A stretch of DNA of 23,328 bases from Pseudomonadota bacterium. GTDB lineage: Bacteria > Bdellovibrionota_G > JALEGL01 > DATDPG01. Position numbers and translations under genes: made by a program. Each line of letters starts with the position of its first letter. The stretch's first letter is position 1. Below are positions 7,397 to 16,509 of the stretch, in pieces. The stretch covers positions 1 to 23,328 of the forward strand of contig JAZDIZ010000055.1 in the NCBI GenBank assembly GCA_043804515.1, in the 5' to 3' direction. Below the pieces are notes generated by a model. It searched no databases and was not told the DNA's origin. It saw nothing but the letters and a program-made list of their open reading frames with translations.

Positions 7397-10300
7397 TCAG
7401 CGATTCTTTCGGGGCGGCTTCGCCGTTCCTGAAGGCGATTCCCACGGGATTCCCAGCCGCTTCATCATCAGCCGGAGACTGTAACGCGTAAGATTGAGTT
7501 CGGCCGCGACGCGCGTCTTGTTCCAGCCGTGCTTTTGAAGACAGGCGGCGATCGTATCACGCGCCGTGTGATCCAGGATATCCGATAGGGCGCCGGGCTT
7601 TCCGGACAGGTACCCCGCGCCGCGAATTTCGGGGCCTACCATCGAAAGCGTGATCAGGGATTTCCTTTGCGAGTCTTTGGGTATCAGGGCCACGATGCGC
7701 TCGAGTTCGTTCTTGAGCTGCCGGATGTTCCCGGGCCAGTGGTATTTCAGGAACGCCGCGAGCGCCTCGTCCTCGATCGCAGGCGGCGGGATCCCGATCT
7801 CTTCGGCCGCCTGTTCCAAAAAACGGCTCACGAGAACGGACACATCTTCCGTCCGCTCCCGCAACGGCGGCACGTCGATACGAATCACATGCAAACGGTA
7901 ATAGAGATCCTCCCGGAGCCGCCCCGACGCCACGAGTTTCTCGGGATCCTTGTTCGTGGCCGAGACCATGCGGACCGCGATGTCAATCTCATTCGTCGCG
8001 CCCACCGGCCGCACTTTGGACTCCTGGAGAACGCGCAGGAGCTTGACCTGTCCTTCCGGGGGAAGAGAGTCGATTTCATCGAGGAAGAGCGTTCCCTTGT
8101 CTGCCGCCGCGAAGAACCCGACTCGGTCTTGCTCCGCCCCCGTGAATGCCCCATTCACATGGCCGAAGAGAAGCGACTCGAAGAGTGGGGCGGGAATGGC
8201 GCCGCAGTGGACGGGCACGAAGGGTCCTTCTTTGCGCGGCGACCGGTCGTGCAGAGCCCGGGCGACGAGTTCCTTTCCCGTCCCCGATTCTCCCGTGAGA
8301 AAGACGGGAGCTTGGGACGCCGCCGCATGATCGACGGTTTCGAGCATTCGCCTCAACACCTCGCTCTTGCCCACGATCTCCCCGTAGGGGGCGTGGAGCG
8401 TTTGATCCCGCCGAGCGGTGTCGAGCAACTCCTGCGTGCTCCGCAAGTCCTCCTTGAGCTGCCGGTTGAGATGCTCGATCCGCTGGTTCTGTTGCCTCGC
8501 CTCCTCCAGGAATTTGGCGCGCTCCAGGGAGACCGCCGCCTGTTCGGCCAGCGCCTCGGCGATGAGCGTATCCAGGTACGTGAACGGCTCCGTTCCCGTC
8601 TGGCGATCCAGGTAGAGAACGCCTTGGAGCCCCAGGGGCGACCGGAAGGGGACGCAGAGAAAGGCCTGGGTCCCCGAGACGATGATGCTCTCATGGGATT
8701 TCCACTTGGGCGAGTCGGCCACCCGGTTCTCGCTCACGACCTTCCCGCTCCGGACGGCCTCCTTAAGAACGCTTTGGCTGAGCCGGGTTTGGACGTCCTG
8801 GATCCAATGCCGGCGCATGTTCCGGGCGGTGACGGCGGAAAAGGCGCCGTCCTCGAAACGGAAAAAAGCGCCGCGCTCGGCGCCCGTGAGTTCGATAGAC
8901 GAATCCACCAGCCGGTCCGCGGTCACCTGGAAATCCGGATCGGAATTGAGCGACCGGACCACGTCCAGGACGCGGGCGAGCGCCTGGGAAGAAAGGTGCT
9001 GCGCCAGGCGGACGCTGGTGGGGGTGGATTCGGCCGATCTGGAGTCCCGTTCCGCCGTGGGCGCCTCCCCGTGCTTGGCGATGGCGTCCCGCAGTTCCCG
9101 GACGCCCCGGGAGTCCAGATAACGGGACTGAAGCGCCTCGTCCAGTTGGGCGCTCTGCCGTTCGAACAGCCGGACGGCCTCGCGGGCGTCTTGAACCGCG
9201 TGGTGGATCTTCCCGCGTTTCCATCGGATCCGGGAACGAGCGGCGAAGAGAGCCGCCAGCCACTCCAAGTTTGTGTCCTGCCGGCAGAGTTCTTCCAGCG
9301 ACCGGAGGGACTCCTCGTTCCATTCCGGGCTTTCCTCGGCGCTTGGGGAGAGGAACGAGAGCAGACGAAGACACTGGGAAAGATCAAACGTCTTGCGGGC
9401 TTCCCCGGGCAAAGTGGCGGTCCAGTTCCGTTCCAGGGCGGTCAGCTCAAGATCGTTTAGACCCGCTCGATCCTTGCGTTCCTCGAAAAGTCTTTTGGCC
9501 TCCAGCCACTCCTGATGAGCGACCTCGGGATCCGCGAGGACCTGGGCCAATCCGGAGCGGGCGTAGGCCACCATCTCGGTGTGCCGGGCTTCCTCGGCTC
9601 GGTGAAGGGCCCGGCGCAACATGGCTTCGACACCCTCCCGTTGCCCGACGAAGAACAGAAGTTGAGCTTTGCGATAGAGAACCTGCGCGTGATCGCGCGA
9701 ATTTCCGAGACGCTCATAGAGTTCCGCACTCCGATCGAACGCCTTGAGGGCGTCGCCGTGACGACCCAGGGCAGCAAGAAGCGCGCCGAAATTGAGCTGA
9801 TGGGTCGCGACCGCGCCGAAATCGGAGGCCTCCTCAGCCGCCACGAGCGCCTTGCGAAAGCTCGCGATGGCGGCCTCCGGCTCGGCGACCGTTCGGTGGT
9901 AAAGCGCCAGGCTGCCGAGGGCCATCGACTCCCCCGCGGGGTACCGGTAGGCCCCGCTTTCTTTCTGCGCCTCCCGGTACAGCTCGTACGCGCGCGGCAA
10001 TTCCTTAGCCGCGAGAGCCGCGTGGCCCCTCATGCACAGGGACATGATCTTCTCCCGGTAGAGTCCGGCCGGCGCCGTTTGCGCGATCATTCTCCCGATG
10101 TCCTCCACCCGTCCGTAGTCGCCGGTGAACAAGGACGCGATCTGCCGAACGGACAGGAGACGGATCCGTTCTTCCGTCCTTTCCGGTTCGTCGAGCGAGG
10201 AGAGGTTCGCGTCGGCCTGATCGAGGGCTTCCAACGTGGAGCCCAGATCCCGCCGTTTGAGGTGCAGGTCGGCCACCTGCCGGAGAAGGTGAGCGGACTC

Positions 10301-12436
10301 CGTCAAGCGTTCGCGCGGGATACGGCCGAGGGCGGACAGCGCCCGATCGTGCCGCCCCGTCCGCGCGTAGATCTCCGCCGCGCAGGAACAGATGGATTCC
10401 AGGAGCGCGGGATCCGACGCCTCCGAAAGAACGGGCTCGGCGAAAGACAGGAGGCGGAGGGCCGACGTGTTGGCCTGGGTCCGGCGGAATTTCTCGAGGG
10501 CTTGCCTGAGGAACGGCAATCCCGTCTGCGGTTCGGGGGATTGAAGCAGGTGTTCCGCCAACGCTTCATCGTCCCTATGCGGCCGGTCGAGAAGCAACCG
10601 GGCCGCGAGGCCGTGCAGACGCGTCGATTCCTCGGCGGCAAGCCCTTTTACGACGGCAGCCTGGACGGCCGGACCGGAGGCCAGGACCGAAGGCTCTTCC
10701 TCCTCCACCTCGGTCCGGATGAGGTGCGAGGCGAGCAAACGGCGGAGCGTTTCATCCAGGTCCATGCCGGCCGGCGCACGGAAATGCGATCGCAAAAGAA
10801 AAATCGGCAACGACCGGGATGCCACCGCAAGGAGTTCCAAAAGCCGGCGCGCCGTCTCGGGAAGCCCCCGGATCCGGTCCTCCAGGACCTTGGGTGAGAA
10901 TTGCGCTAGAGGAAGGCTCTCGATCTCCTGCGCGTACTCGAAGTCCCGCCAGCGGGAGGCGGCGGGCAGGAGAGTCTCCGCCAGGCCCTCCATCAGGAGA
11001 GGAACGCCGCCGCATTTGCGGTGCAGGGCCGCGAGCACCGCCGGATGCACCTCCGGGTCCAACCTCTGAAAATACGCGGCCACATCCTCTTCGGTCAGCG
11101 GGGCGAGGTGGACGGCTTCGAAAACCTGGGCTTTCAGGGGGGAAGGAAGGCCGGAGACCGAGTCCAAGGATGCCAGGACGGACAATCGCACTCGAGACCC
11201 GCACAAAATTCGAGCAAGGGAAGAGCCGAACACCTCGCGCTCCCTCTCATTCATGAGATCCAGATCATCCAGCAGGACCGCGCACGCCCGGCCGGAGAGC
11301 TCACGGGCGACGGCCTGGACCAGGACCTCGACTTCCTCGCTCAGAACGTGCCGATCGTCTAAAGAAGCGAAAGATTCCCCGGCAGCGGTCTTCACCCCGA
11401 GGTTTCGGGCGAGGGTTTTCAAAGCGTCCAGGGCCGAAGACGCTTCCAGGGGAATCAGGCAAGTGGGAGTCCCCCTCAGCTGAAGCCTGAGACGCAATTC
11501 ACGGAGCAGCCCGCTCTTCCCGATTCCAACAGGCCCGTCCACCACCAGAACGCGGGAGGGCTCCTCGAGGTGTCCGAGAATGCGGTCCAGAGTGGACTCC
11601 CGGCCGACCAGGGACGGGATCGAAACATAGGACGCGAGAGTCTCCTCCGTCTCGAAGACCAGCGACGGCCGGAGGGTTCGGCGAACGGCGCTCAGGAGAT
11701 CCGCCGCGGTGCGGAATCTCCCGTCCGGATTCGGGGCCGTCAGGCGCAGGGCAAGTTCGACGAAGGCCTCCGATAGGTCCGGGCGAGACTCCCGGAGAGA
11801 AGTCCCGTGTGAAAGAGCCTCCGGATCCGCGGCCAGGCGCAGAAGCGTGGCTCCCAGCGAATAGAAGTCTGACCGTTCGTCGGCTGGCCCGCCCCGTTTC
11901 ACTTCGGGCGGCATGAACCCGGGGGTCCCCAGGATGAGACCGTCGGGGGACGAGATTTTCGTGGAAGCCGCCAGGCCGAAATCCACCAGGACATAGCGCG
12001 CGTCACCCTCGGGTTTCAGGATGTTGGACGGTTTGATGTCCCCGTGCAGAATCCCCCGGCTGTGAAGAAATTTAAGCGCTCTCCCGACCTGTATCGTCAG
12101 GGCGACGAGTTCATCTTCCGGCCACGGCGCGTTTGTTTCGTACAGGTTTGGACCCCGGACCCATTCGGCCGTGTAGAAAGGGGTGCCGCTCACGCGTTCT
12201 ACGGCGTAGTCATAGACGCGAACGATGTTGGGATGCCGAGAGACGGCCAGGAGTGCGAACTCCTGCTGAAAGAGCCGGTGCCATTTATGGTTCACATCCG
12301 TCAGGATCTTGAGAGCCAGGAGGCGATCCCCGGCCCGCGTGTCGTGAACGGCGTACACCTTCCCCATGCCGCCCGAACCCAGGGGTTTCTCGACACGATA
12401 GACATCGGCAAAGATCTCGCCCGGTTTCAAGTTCAT
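7397..12436 (-). CDS. Multidomain sigma54-dependent activator: Hanks-type Ser/Thr kinase, P-loop NTPase (AAA_16/STAND-like), TPR repeats, GAF, AAA+ sigma54-interaction domain, Fis HTH
   Basis: Kinase motifs GSGGMGKVY, LALK, HGDIKPSN, DFG, GTPGFMPPE, DFYSLG. Walker A GPVGIGKS and Walker B VLLDD. TPR-like helical repeats. GAF-like ELTGAERG...GVLYLD. Activator motifs GESGTGKE, GAFTGA, GTLFLDEI, REDLYYRL, WPGNIRQL. HTH GWNKTRVAAELNL. ATG 12436 preferred; GTG 12466 possible. Confidence 0.95.
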   Translation of the reverse strand: MNLKPGEIFADVYRVEKPLGSGGMGKVYAVHDTRAGDRLLALKILTDVNHKWHRLFQQEFALLAVSRHPNIVRVYDYAVERVSGTPFYTAEWVRGPNLYETNAPWPEDELVALTIQVGRALKFLHSRGILHGDIKPSNILKPEGDARYVLVDFGLAASTKISSPDGLILGTPGFMPPEVKRGGPADERSDFYSLGATLLRLAADPEALSHGTSLRESRPDLSEAFVELALRLTAPNPDGRFRTAADLLSAVRRTLRPSLVFETEETLASYVSIPSLVGRESTLDRILGHLEEPSRVLVVDGPVGIGKSGLLRELRLRLQLRGTPTCLIPLEASSALDALKTLARNLGVKTAAGESFASLDDRHVLSEEVEVLVQAVARELSGRACAVLLDDLDLMNEREREVFGSSLARILCGSRVRLSVLASLDSVSGLPSPLKAQVFEAVHLAPLTEEDVAAYFQRLDPEVHPAVLAALHRKCGGVPLLMEGLAETLLPAASRWRDFEYAQEIESLPLAQFSPKVLEDRIRGLPETARRLLELLAVASRSLPIFLLRSHFRAPAGMDLDETLRRLLASHLIRTEVEEEEPSVLASGPAVQAAVVKGLAAEESTRLHGLAARLLLDRPHRDDEALAEHLLQSPEPQTGLPFLRQALEKFRRTQANTSALRLLSFAEPVLSEASDPALLESICSCAAEIYARTGRHDRALSALGRIPRERLTESAHLLRQVADLHLKRRDLGSTLEALDQADANLSSLDEPERTEERIRLLSVRQIASLFTGDYGRVEDIGRMIAQTAPAGLYREKIMSLCMRGHAALAAKELPRAYELYREAQKESGAYRYPAGESMALGSLALYHRTVAEPEAAIASFRKALVAAEEASDFGAVATHQLNFGALLAALGRHGDALKAFDRSAELYERLGNSRDHAQVLYRKAQLLFFVGQREGVEAMLRRALHRAEEARHTEMVAYARSGLAQVLADPEVAHQEWLEAKRLFEERKDRAGLNDLELTALERNWTATLPGEARKTFDLSQCLRLLSFLSPSAEESPEWNEESLRSLEELCRQDTNLEWLAALFAARSRIRWKRGKIHHAVQDAREAVRLFERQSAQLDEALQSRYLDSRGVRELRDAIAKHGEAPTAERDSRSAESTPTSVRLAQHLSSQALARVLDVVRSLNSDPDFQVTADRLVDSSIELTGAERGAFFRFEDGAFSAVTARNMRRHWIQDVQTRLSQSVLKEAVRSGKVVSENRVADSPKWKSHESIIVSGTQAFLCVPFRSPLGLQGVLYLDRQTGTEPFTYLDTLIAEALAEQAAVSLERAKFLEEARQQNQRIEHLNRQLKEDLRSTQELLDTARRDQTLHAPYGEIVGKSEVLRRMLETVDHAAASQAPVFLTGESGTGKELVARALHDRSPRKEGPFVPVHCGAIPAPLFESLLFGHVNGAFTGAEQDRVGFFAAADKGTLFLDEIDSLPPEGQVKLLRVLQESKVRPVGATNEIDIAVRMVSATNKDPEKLVASGRLREDLYYRLHVIRIDVPPLRERTEDVSVLVSRFLEQAAEEIGIPPPAIEDEALAAFLKYHWPGNIRQLKNELERIVALIPKDSQRKSLITLSMVGPEIRGAGYLSGKPGALSDILDHTARDTIAACLQKHGWNKTRVAAELNLTRYSLRLMMKRLGIPWESPSGTAKPPRKNR

Positions 12437-12583
12437 GAGGGCCGACGTTCCCCCGAACGATAACACGGATGTCTCCGATTTCGAGTGCCGTCAGCAACCC
12501 GAATAGCGGGAACGTGGCTCCACCCGAAGCGGGAATCTCTCGGATTTTGAGGAAGGGCGTGGAGGCTGAGCGCCGTTGCGCTC

Positions 12584-12762
12584 TTCCTGTTCACTCCGAG
12601 GGTTCTGCAATTGGCGCCGGTGCTGGAAATTACACTTGGAAAAGCGCTTCTCTTGGACTTCGAACCCTCTTTGGGTTGGAGACGCGAGCAAGACTTTTGT
12701 AACAGCTTCAATCGACTCGCACCTCATTGGAAACCAGTCGCTTGAACTTTGGGCAGGGAACC
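12584..12762 (+). ncRNA. Candidate structured RNA (~180-nt imperfect rod with a central bubble)
   Basis: By-eye nested pairings: ttcctgttc/gggcaggga, agggttc/gaacttt, attgg/ccagt, ggtgc/gcacc, aagc/gctt, tcttg/caaga, aaccc/gggtt. Followed by a terminator-like hairpin. No promoter identified and no family match verified. Confidence 0.25.
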
Positions 12763-12786
12763 CAAGGGAACTCTTGGGCTTTTTTC
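12761..12786 (+). terminator. Possible intrinsic terminator
   Basis: CCCAAG-ggaact-CTTGGG hairpin followed by C and TTTTTT. Confidence 0.5.
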
Positions 12787-12814
12787 TTGACCATATATTG
12801 CATTACAGTATAGT
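12787..12814 (+). promoter_or_regulatory. Sigma70-type promoter TTGACC-N16-TATAGT
   Basis: Near-consensus hexamers in an AT-rich patch about 160 nt upstream of the 12973 gene. Confidence 0.6.
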
Positions 12815-12972
12815 CCACTACCAAAGGTAGAAAGTGCACACTGGCTACCAGGGGCCGGTCGTCGTCCGCTTGCGGGATGTCGGTCGCACGGCCTGGCCGA
12901 ATGCGTTCGCATCGAGCGCAAAATCAGGGAAAGCTTTTGTCAGAAGCCCATTGAAGGGAGCGGAGGTGCTCT

Positions 12973-13839
12973 GTGGAGAATGACGACGCCTATGTGCGCC
13001 CGGAAAAAACGACGGGGAATTCATCGGGCCTGCCGGACGATTTTTTAAGCGAGATTGATCGGGAGCTTGACTCCATTGAATCCGGATCGTCCACCGGCAT
13101 GGAAGAGATCGAATTGGCGGAGGAGGAAGGCATCGAAGGCCTGAGCGACGACCCGGGTGTTCGCGAGATGCAGTTGCTGTTTATCGAGATGGCCCGGAAC
13201 ACGCTCTCGCCGATCGGCAGGTACGTGAAGGCGATGGTCGTGGGGGACAACTTCCGGGAACTCTTGGAGATGTCCGAAATGATCGTGACGCCGATCTTGC
13301 TGAAGACGGAAAAGGTGGGTCTTACGAAACACGCGGACGACCTGATGTTTTTCCGGTCCCTGCTTCATTTGGCGTTGGGGGAAAGAGACCAGGTTGGCAT
13401 GGAAGCTATGGGGGAGGTCGTAATGGAAGGGTTCAGCAAGTTGAGCGAGCGTTTCGGTTTGAGCTATCGGGGCTACCGCCTGGCGGTCCGCAATTTGGTG
13501 CAGTTCTATCGGCAGCTCAAGCACATTGACGGAATTTCGGAAACCGATATGCGGCGGTTCTTCGCGATCGGCGTTCCCTCTCTCACATGGATCCGAAGAA
13601 CAAGGGTGGAGGAGCTTACAAGCCTTTCCGGGATCCAGCCGAGTATCATGTCCCAGATCCGGAAACTCGCGTTTGTCTACCGCTCGGTGCCGCCGATGGC
13701 GAGTGCCCGGCTGGCCAGGGAAGAACGCGTGGTCCCTCCCGCCGAAGAGGAGATGTCGGAGGAAAATCTCGCGATCGAAGAGATTGTGGACGCCGACGTG
13801 GCGGGCGTCGAGGTCCGGGCCCCGCGCGGCCGGGCATAA
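12973..13839 (+). CDS. Hypothetical protein (288 aa) with acidic termini and a C-terminal helix-hairpin-helix-like region
   Basis: GTG with SD GGAGG at 12962-12966. LKHIDGIS...AIGVPSL...EELTSLSGI resembles tandem HhH motifs. Confidence 0.8.
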   Translation: MENDDAYVRPEKTTGNSSGLPDDFLSEIDRELDSIESGSSTGMEEIELAEEEGIEGLSDDPGVREMQLLFIEMARNTLSPIGRYVKAMVVGDNFRELLEMSEMIVTPILLKTEKVGLTKHADDLMFFRSLLHLALGERDQVGMEAMGEVVMEGFSKLSERFGLSYRGYRLAVRNLVQFYRQLKHIDGISETDMRRFFAIGVPSLTWIRRTRVEELTSLSGIQPSIMSQIRKLAFVYRSVPPMASARLAREERVVPPAEEEMSEENLAIEEIVDADVAGVEVRAPRGRA

Positions 13840-13852
13840 TATCTATTACGGA

Positions 13853-13950
13853 AATTGGGGACACGTACGAATTTCACAGCCCCAGGGAAGTCCCCTGTCT
13901 TATTAGCTTAATTTCGTTGGCAATTTGCTAATTGGTACGTGTCCCCAATT
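13853..13950. repeat. REP/MITE-like element with 21-bp inverted repeats
   Basis: AATTGGGGACACGTACGAATT (13853-13873) and AATTGGTACGTGTCCCCAATT (13930-13950), 20/21 complementary, 56-nt spacer, between convergent genes. Confidence 0.85.
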
Positions 13951-13952
13951 AC

Positions 13953-14408
13953 TTACTTGATCCCGGTCAAGACCGATTCCGCGTGGCCGTCCACGGTCAC
14001 GTTCCGGTAGATCTTCCCGATCGTCCCGTCCGGCTCGATCACGAACGTAGAGCGGATCATCCCCGTCGTTTTCTTGCCGTACGACGTCTTTTCCCCCCAC
14101 GCTCCGTACGCCTCGGCCAGCTTGTGGTCGGGATCGGCGAGAAGCGGGAACGGGAGGTCGTACTTTCTCTTGAAGCTCTTGTGAGACTCCAATGAGTCGG
14201 CGCTCACGCCGTAGATCACCGTGGAAGCGTTCGCGAACTGGGCGTAATGGTCGCGGAAGTCGCATGCCTCCTTCGTGCAGCCGGGCGTGTCGTCTTTCGG
14301 GTAGAAATACAGGACGACCCTTTTGCCTTTCAGATCCTTGAACGACACTTCCCTGCCCGAATCGTCCGCAAGCGAGAAATTCGGAGCCTTTGAACCTTCT
14401 TTGAGCAT
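13953..14408 (-). CDS. bcp: Thioredoxin-dependent peroxiredoxin (BCP/PrxQ)
   Basis: LYFYPKDDTPGCTKEACDFRD active-site motif, RSTFVI, SD AAAGGAG. Confidence 0.97.
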   Translation of the reverse strand: MLKEGSKAPNFSLADDSGREVSFKDLKGKRVVLYFYPKDDTPGCTKEACDFRDHYAQFANASTVIYGVSADSLESHKSFKRKYDLPFPLLADPDHKLAEAYGAWGEKTSYGKKTTGMIRSTFVIEPDGTIGKIYRNVTVDGHAESVLTGIK

Positions 14409-14486
14409 GTCGTCTCCTTTCCAGTGAGAAAATCTTCTACCAGAGGCTTTTCTTCAAGACCAGGGTGGTGTAGGTTTCCCGGCCGC

Positions 14487-14514
14487 TTGAAGGGTTGCGG
14501 GATTGGGTTATGAT
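14487..14514 (+). promoter_or_regulatory. Possible sigma70 promoter for the dksA operon (TTGAAG-N16-TATGAT)
   Basis: Partial consensus match about 40 nt upstream of dksA. Confidence 0.4.
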
Positions 14515-14554
14515 CGTTTCCTCAAGCGCCTCGATGTAGGGAGCGGAGGTAGAT

Positions 14555-14929
14555 ATGAAACAAACCATGTCCAAGAAAAAGCTGAATGAATTCCGCACAA
14601 TACTCAAAAAGCGGGAGGACGACCTGATCAACGAGGCCAGGGCTCAGATGGGAGACCTGACTGCCGTGAAAGAAAACATGGCGGACATGACCGACCAGGC
14701 TTCGGCCGAGGTGGAACGGGATTTCCTCCTTCGTATCAAGGACCGGGAGCGCAAGCTGATTCTGAAGATCAAGGAAGCGGTCTCGCGGATTGACGACGGC
14801 ACGTTCGGGGTCTGCGAAGTCTGCGGGGAACCGATCGGCGAAGAGCGTCTTCGGGCCCGCCCCGTCACCACCCAATGCATCGAATGCAAAACCGACATGG
14901 AGGAGCAGGAGCGACGACTGGAAGCATGA
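14555..14929 (+). CDS. dksA: RNA polymerase-binding protein DksA
   Basis: DxxDxA tip (DMTDQA), RDRERKLI-like motif, C4 zinc finger CEVC...CIEC. SD GGAGGT. Alternative start 14567. Confidence 0.95.
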   Translation: MKQTMSKKKLNEFRTILKKREDDLINEARAQMGDLTAVKENMADMTDQASAEVERDFLLRIKDRERKLILKIKEAVSRIDDGTFGVCEVCGEPIGEERLRARPVTTQCIECKTDMEEQERRLEA

Positions 14930-15798
14930 GAGTCCGCAAAGCTCTCATCCCGGCCGCAGGGCTGGGCACACGGTTTCTTCCGGCCACCAAAGTCGTTCCA
15001 AAGGAACTCCTTCCCATCGTCGACCGCCCGGCGATGGAATACATCATCGAGGAATTGCTCGCCTCCGGCATCGAGGAGGTCGTGTTCGTCATCAACCCCG
15101 AGAAGCGCGGGATCTACGAGCACTTTCAGACCGGCTCCTTAGTGGAAGACACGCTGGAAAAGCGGGGGCAGCTGGATCGCCTCGGCCGCCTGAAGGACCT
15201 GATCGACAACATCCGTTTCAAACGGGTTTATCAAGGGGAAGCCAAGGGCCTCGGCCACGCCGTCCTGTGCGGCCGCGAGGCGATCGGAGACGAACCGTTC
15301 GCCGTGGTCCTGCCCGACGACCTGGTTCGGTCGAAGACGCCGTGCATCCGCCAGCTCCTGGAGGTTTACGATAAAGAGAAGTGCTCGGTCGTGGCGATCG
15401 AGAACGTTCCGAAGGAGCGCGTGAAATTCTACGGGATCGTGTCGGGGCCGGGCGCGGAGACGGGCGGGACATTCCGCGTGACGCACGTGGTGGAAAAACC
15501 CCCGGTTGAGAAAGCCCTGACCCGCTGGGCCATTATCGGGAGATACATCCTGGAGCCCAAGATCTTCGGCTACCTCGAGAACGCCAAGGCCGGCGCGAGC
15601 GGGGAAATTCAGCTCACGGACGCGTTGGCTCAGCTTGTGGCCGGCAACGAGCTGGTGGCACATCCCTTCGAAGGGGTCAGGATCGATACCGGCCAGCCGC
15701 ACGGCTGGCTGGAGGCGAACCTGGTGATGGCGATGGAACGCCCCGAAATCAGGAGCGTCCTTCGCCCGATTCTCAAACGGATTCTCGAAGAGGAATGA
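14926..15798 (+). CDS. galU: UTP--glucose-1-phosphate uridylyltransferase
   Basis: KALIPAAGLGTRFLPATK, PKELLPIVD, GLGHAV, LPDD, VEKP, GEIQLTDA. Start reassigned to ATG 14926, overlapping the dksA stop (ATGA). Confidence 0.96.
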   Translation: MRVRKALIPAAGLGTRFLPATKVVPKELLPIVDRPAMEYIIEELLASGIEEVVFVINPEKRGIYEHFQTGSLVEDTLEKRGQLDRLGRLKDLIDNIRFKRVYQGEAKGLGHAVLCGREAIGDEPFAVVLPDDLVRSKTPCIRQLLEVYDKEKCSVVAIENVPKERVKFYGIVSGPGAETGGTFRVTHVVEKPPVEKALTRWAIIGRYILEPKIFGYLENAKAGASGEIQLTDALAQLVAGNELVAHPFEGVRIDTGQPHGWLEANLVMAMERPEIRSVLRPILKRILEEE

Positions 15799-16484
15799 AC
15801 GTCCTTTTCGCGTTTCTGGTCGGCCTCCTCGCGTTCATTCCCCCCGCTTCCTACGTCTTGGGTCAGTGGGAAGGTCAGATCAAGGAGATGAAAACCCTTC
15901 ACGCGAAGCTCTCCACGATCTGGTACGACGTGAACGGGAACCCTACGCAATTGGATGAGGAACTCTGGCTCAAGAGACCGGGGCAGATGCGCCGGACGCT
16001 GAAGACCCAGCGAGGACGTCTGGATTACTTTGTCACGCCTGCGCGTTCCATCCGGATTTCGGGCGGGAAATCGGAAGCTGTGCCTACGTTGGAGGCCATG
16101 GGGCCCGTGGGGATTTTTTATTTGCCCGAAGGCTCAAGGCGTCTCGGGGCCGTTCTGCGCCAAGTCGGGATCTCAACGGACGCCACGCGGCTGACGCTCC
16201 AGGACCGCCGCATCCTGTATGAGATCGGCCAGGCCGGCCAGGCGCTCGCGTGGTTCAGCAAGGACGACTGGCTTCCAGCGGGAGTTCAAGTGGGAGGGAG
16301 AGAGTATCGCCTTACGACCAACCTTCCATCCCGGTTTGCGATCCCGTTTCCCGAGATCTGGGAGGTCCTGGCGAACCAGAAGCGGATCGAGGTTTCCCGG
16401 ACGCTCTCTTTGGAGACCGCGGCCTCGATCCCCGACTCGGTTTTCGACGTGAATTCACTCAAAGGCGTCGCGCCGAAACCGTAG
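15795..16484 (+). CDS. Exported protein, LolA/lipoprotein-sorting-like fold suspected
   Basis: Hydrophobic N-terminal signal; LWLKRPGQMR resembles the LolA KRPGKFR strand; C-terminal IPDSVF; ATGA overlap with galU. Confidence 0.7.
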   Translation: MNVLFAFLVGLLAFIPPASYVLGQWEGQIKEMKTLHAKLSTIWYDVNGNPTQLDEELWLKRPGQMRRTLKTQRGRLDYFVTPARSIRISGGKSEAVPTLEAMGPVGIFYLPEGSRRLGAVLRQVGISTDATRLTLQDRRILYEIGQAGQALAWFSKDDWLPAGVQVGGREYRLTTNLPSRFAIPFPEIWEVLANQKRIEVSRTLSLETAASIPDSVFDVNSLKGVAPKP

Positions 16485-16509
16485 AAAGCGCTTTTCCGGA
16501 TTTCGACTT

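Noticed and set aside
7667..10897. 597-aa and 460-aa plus-strand ORFs
   Set aside because: Antisense shadows of the kinase/sigma54 activator gene.
12433..12921. Short ORFs in the intergenic region
   Set aside because: No SD or recognisable motifs, mutually overlapping, and they cross promoter/terminator-like elements.
14875..14925. Longer galU start
   Set aside because: Overlaps dksA by 55 nt; the GalU motif begins right after ATG 14926, which has an ATGA overlap.
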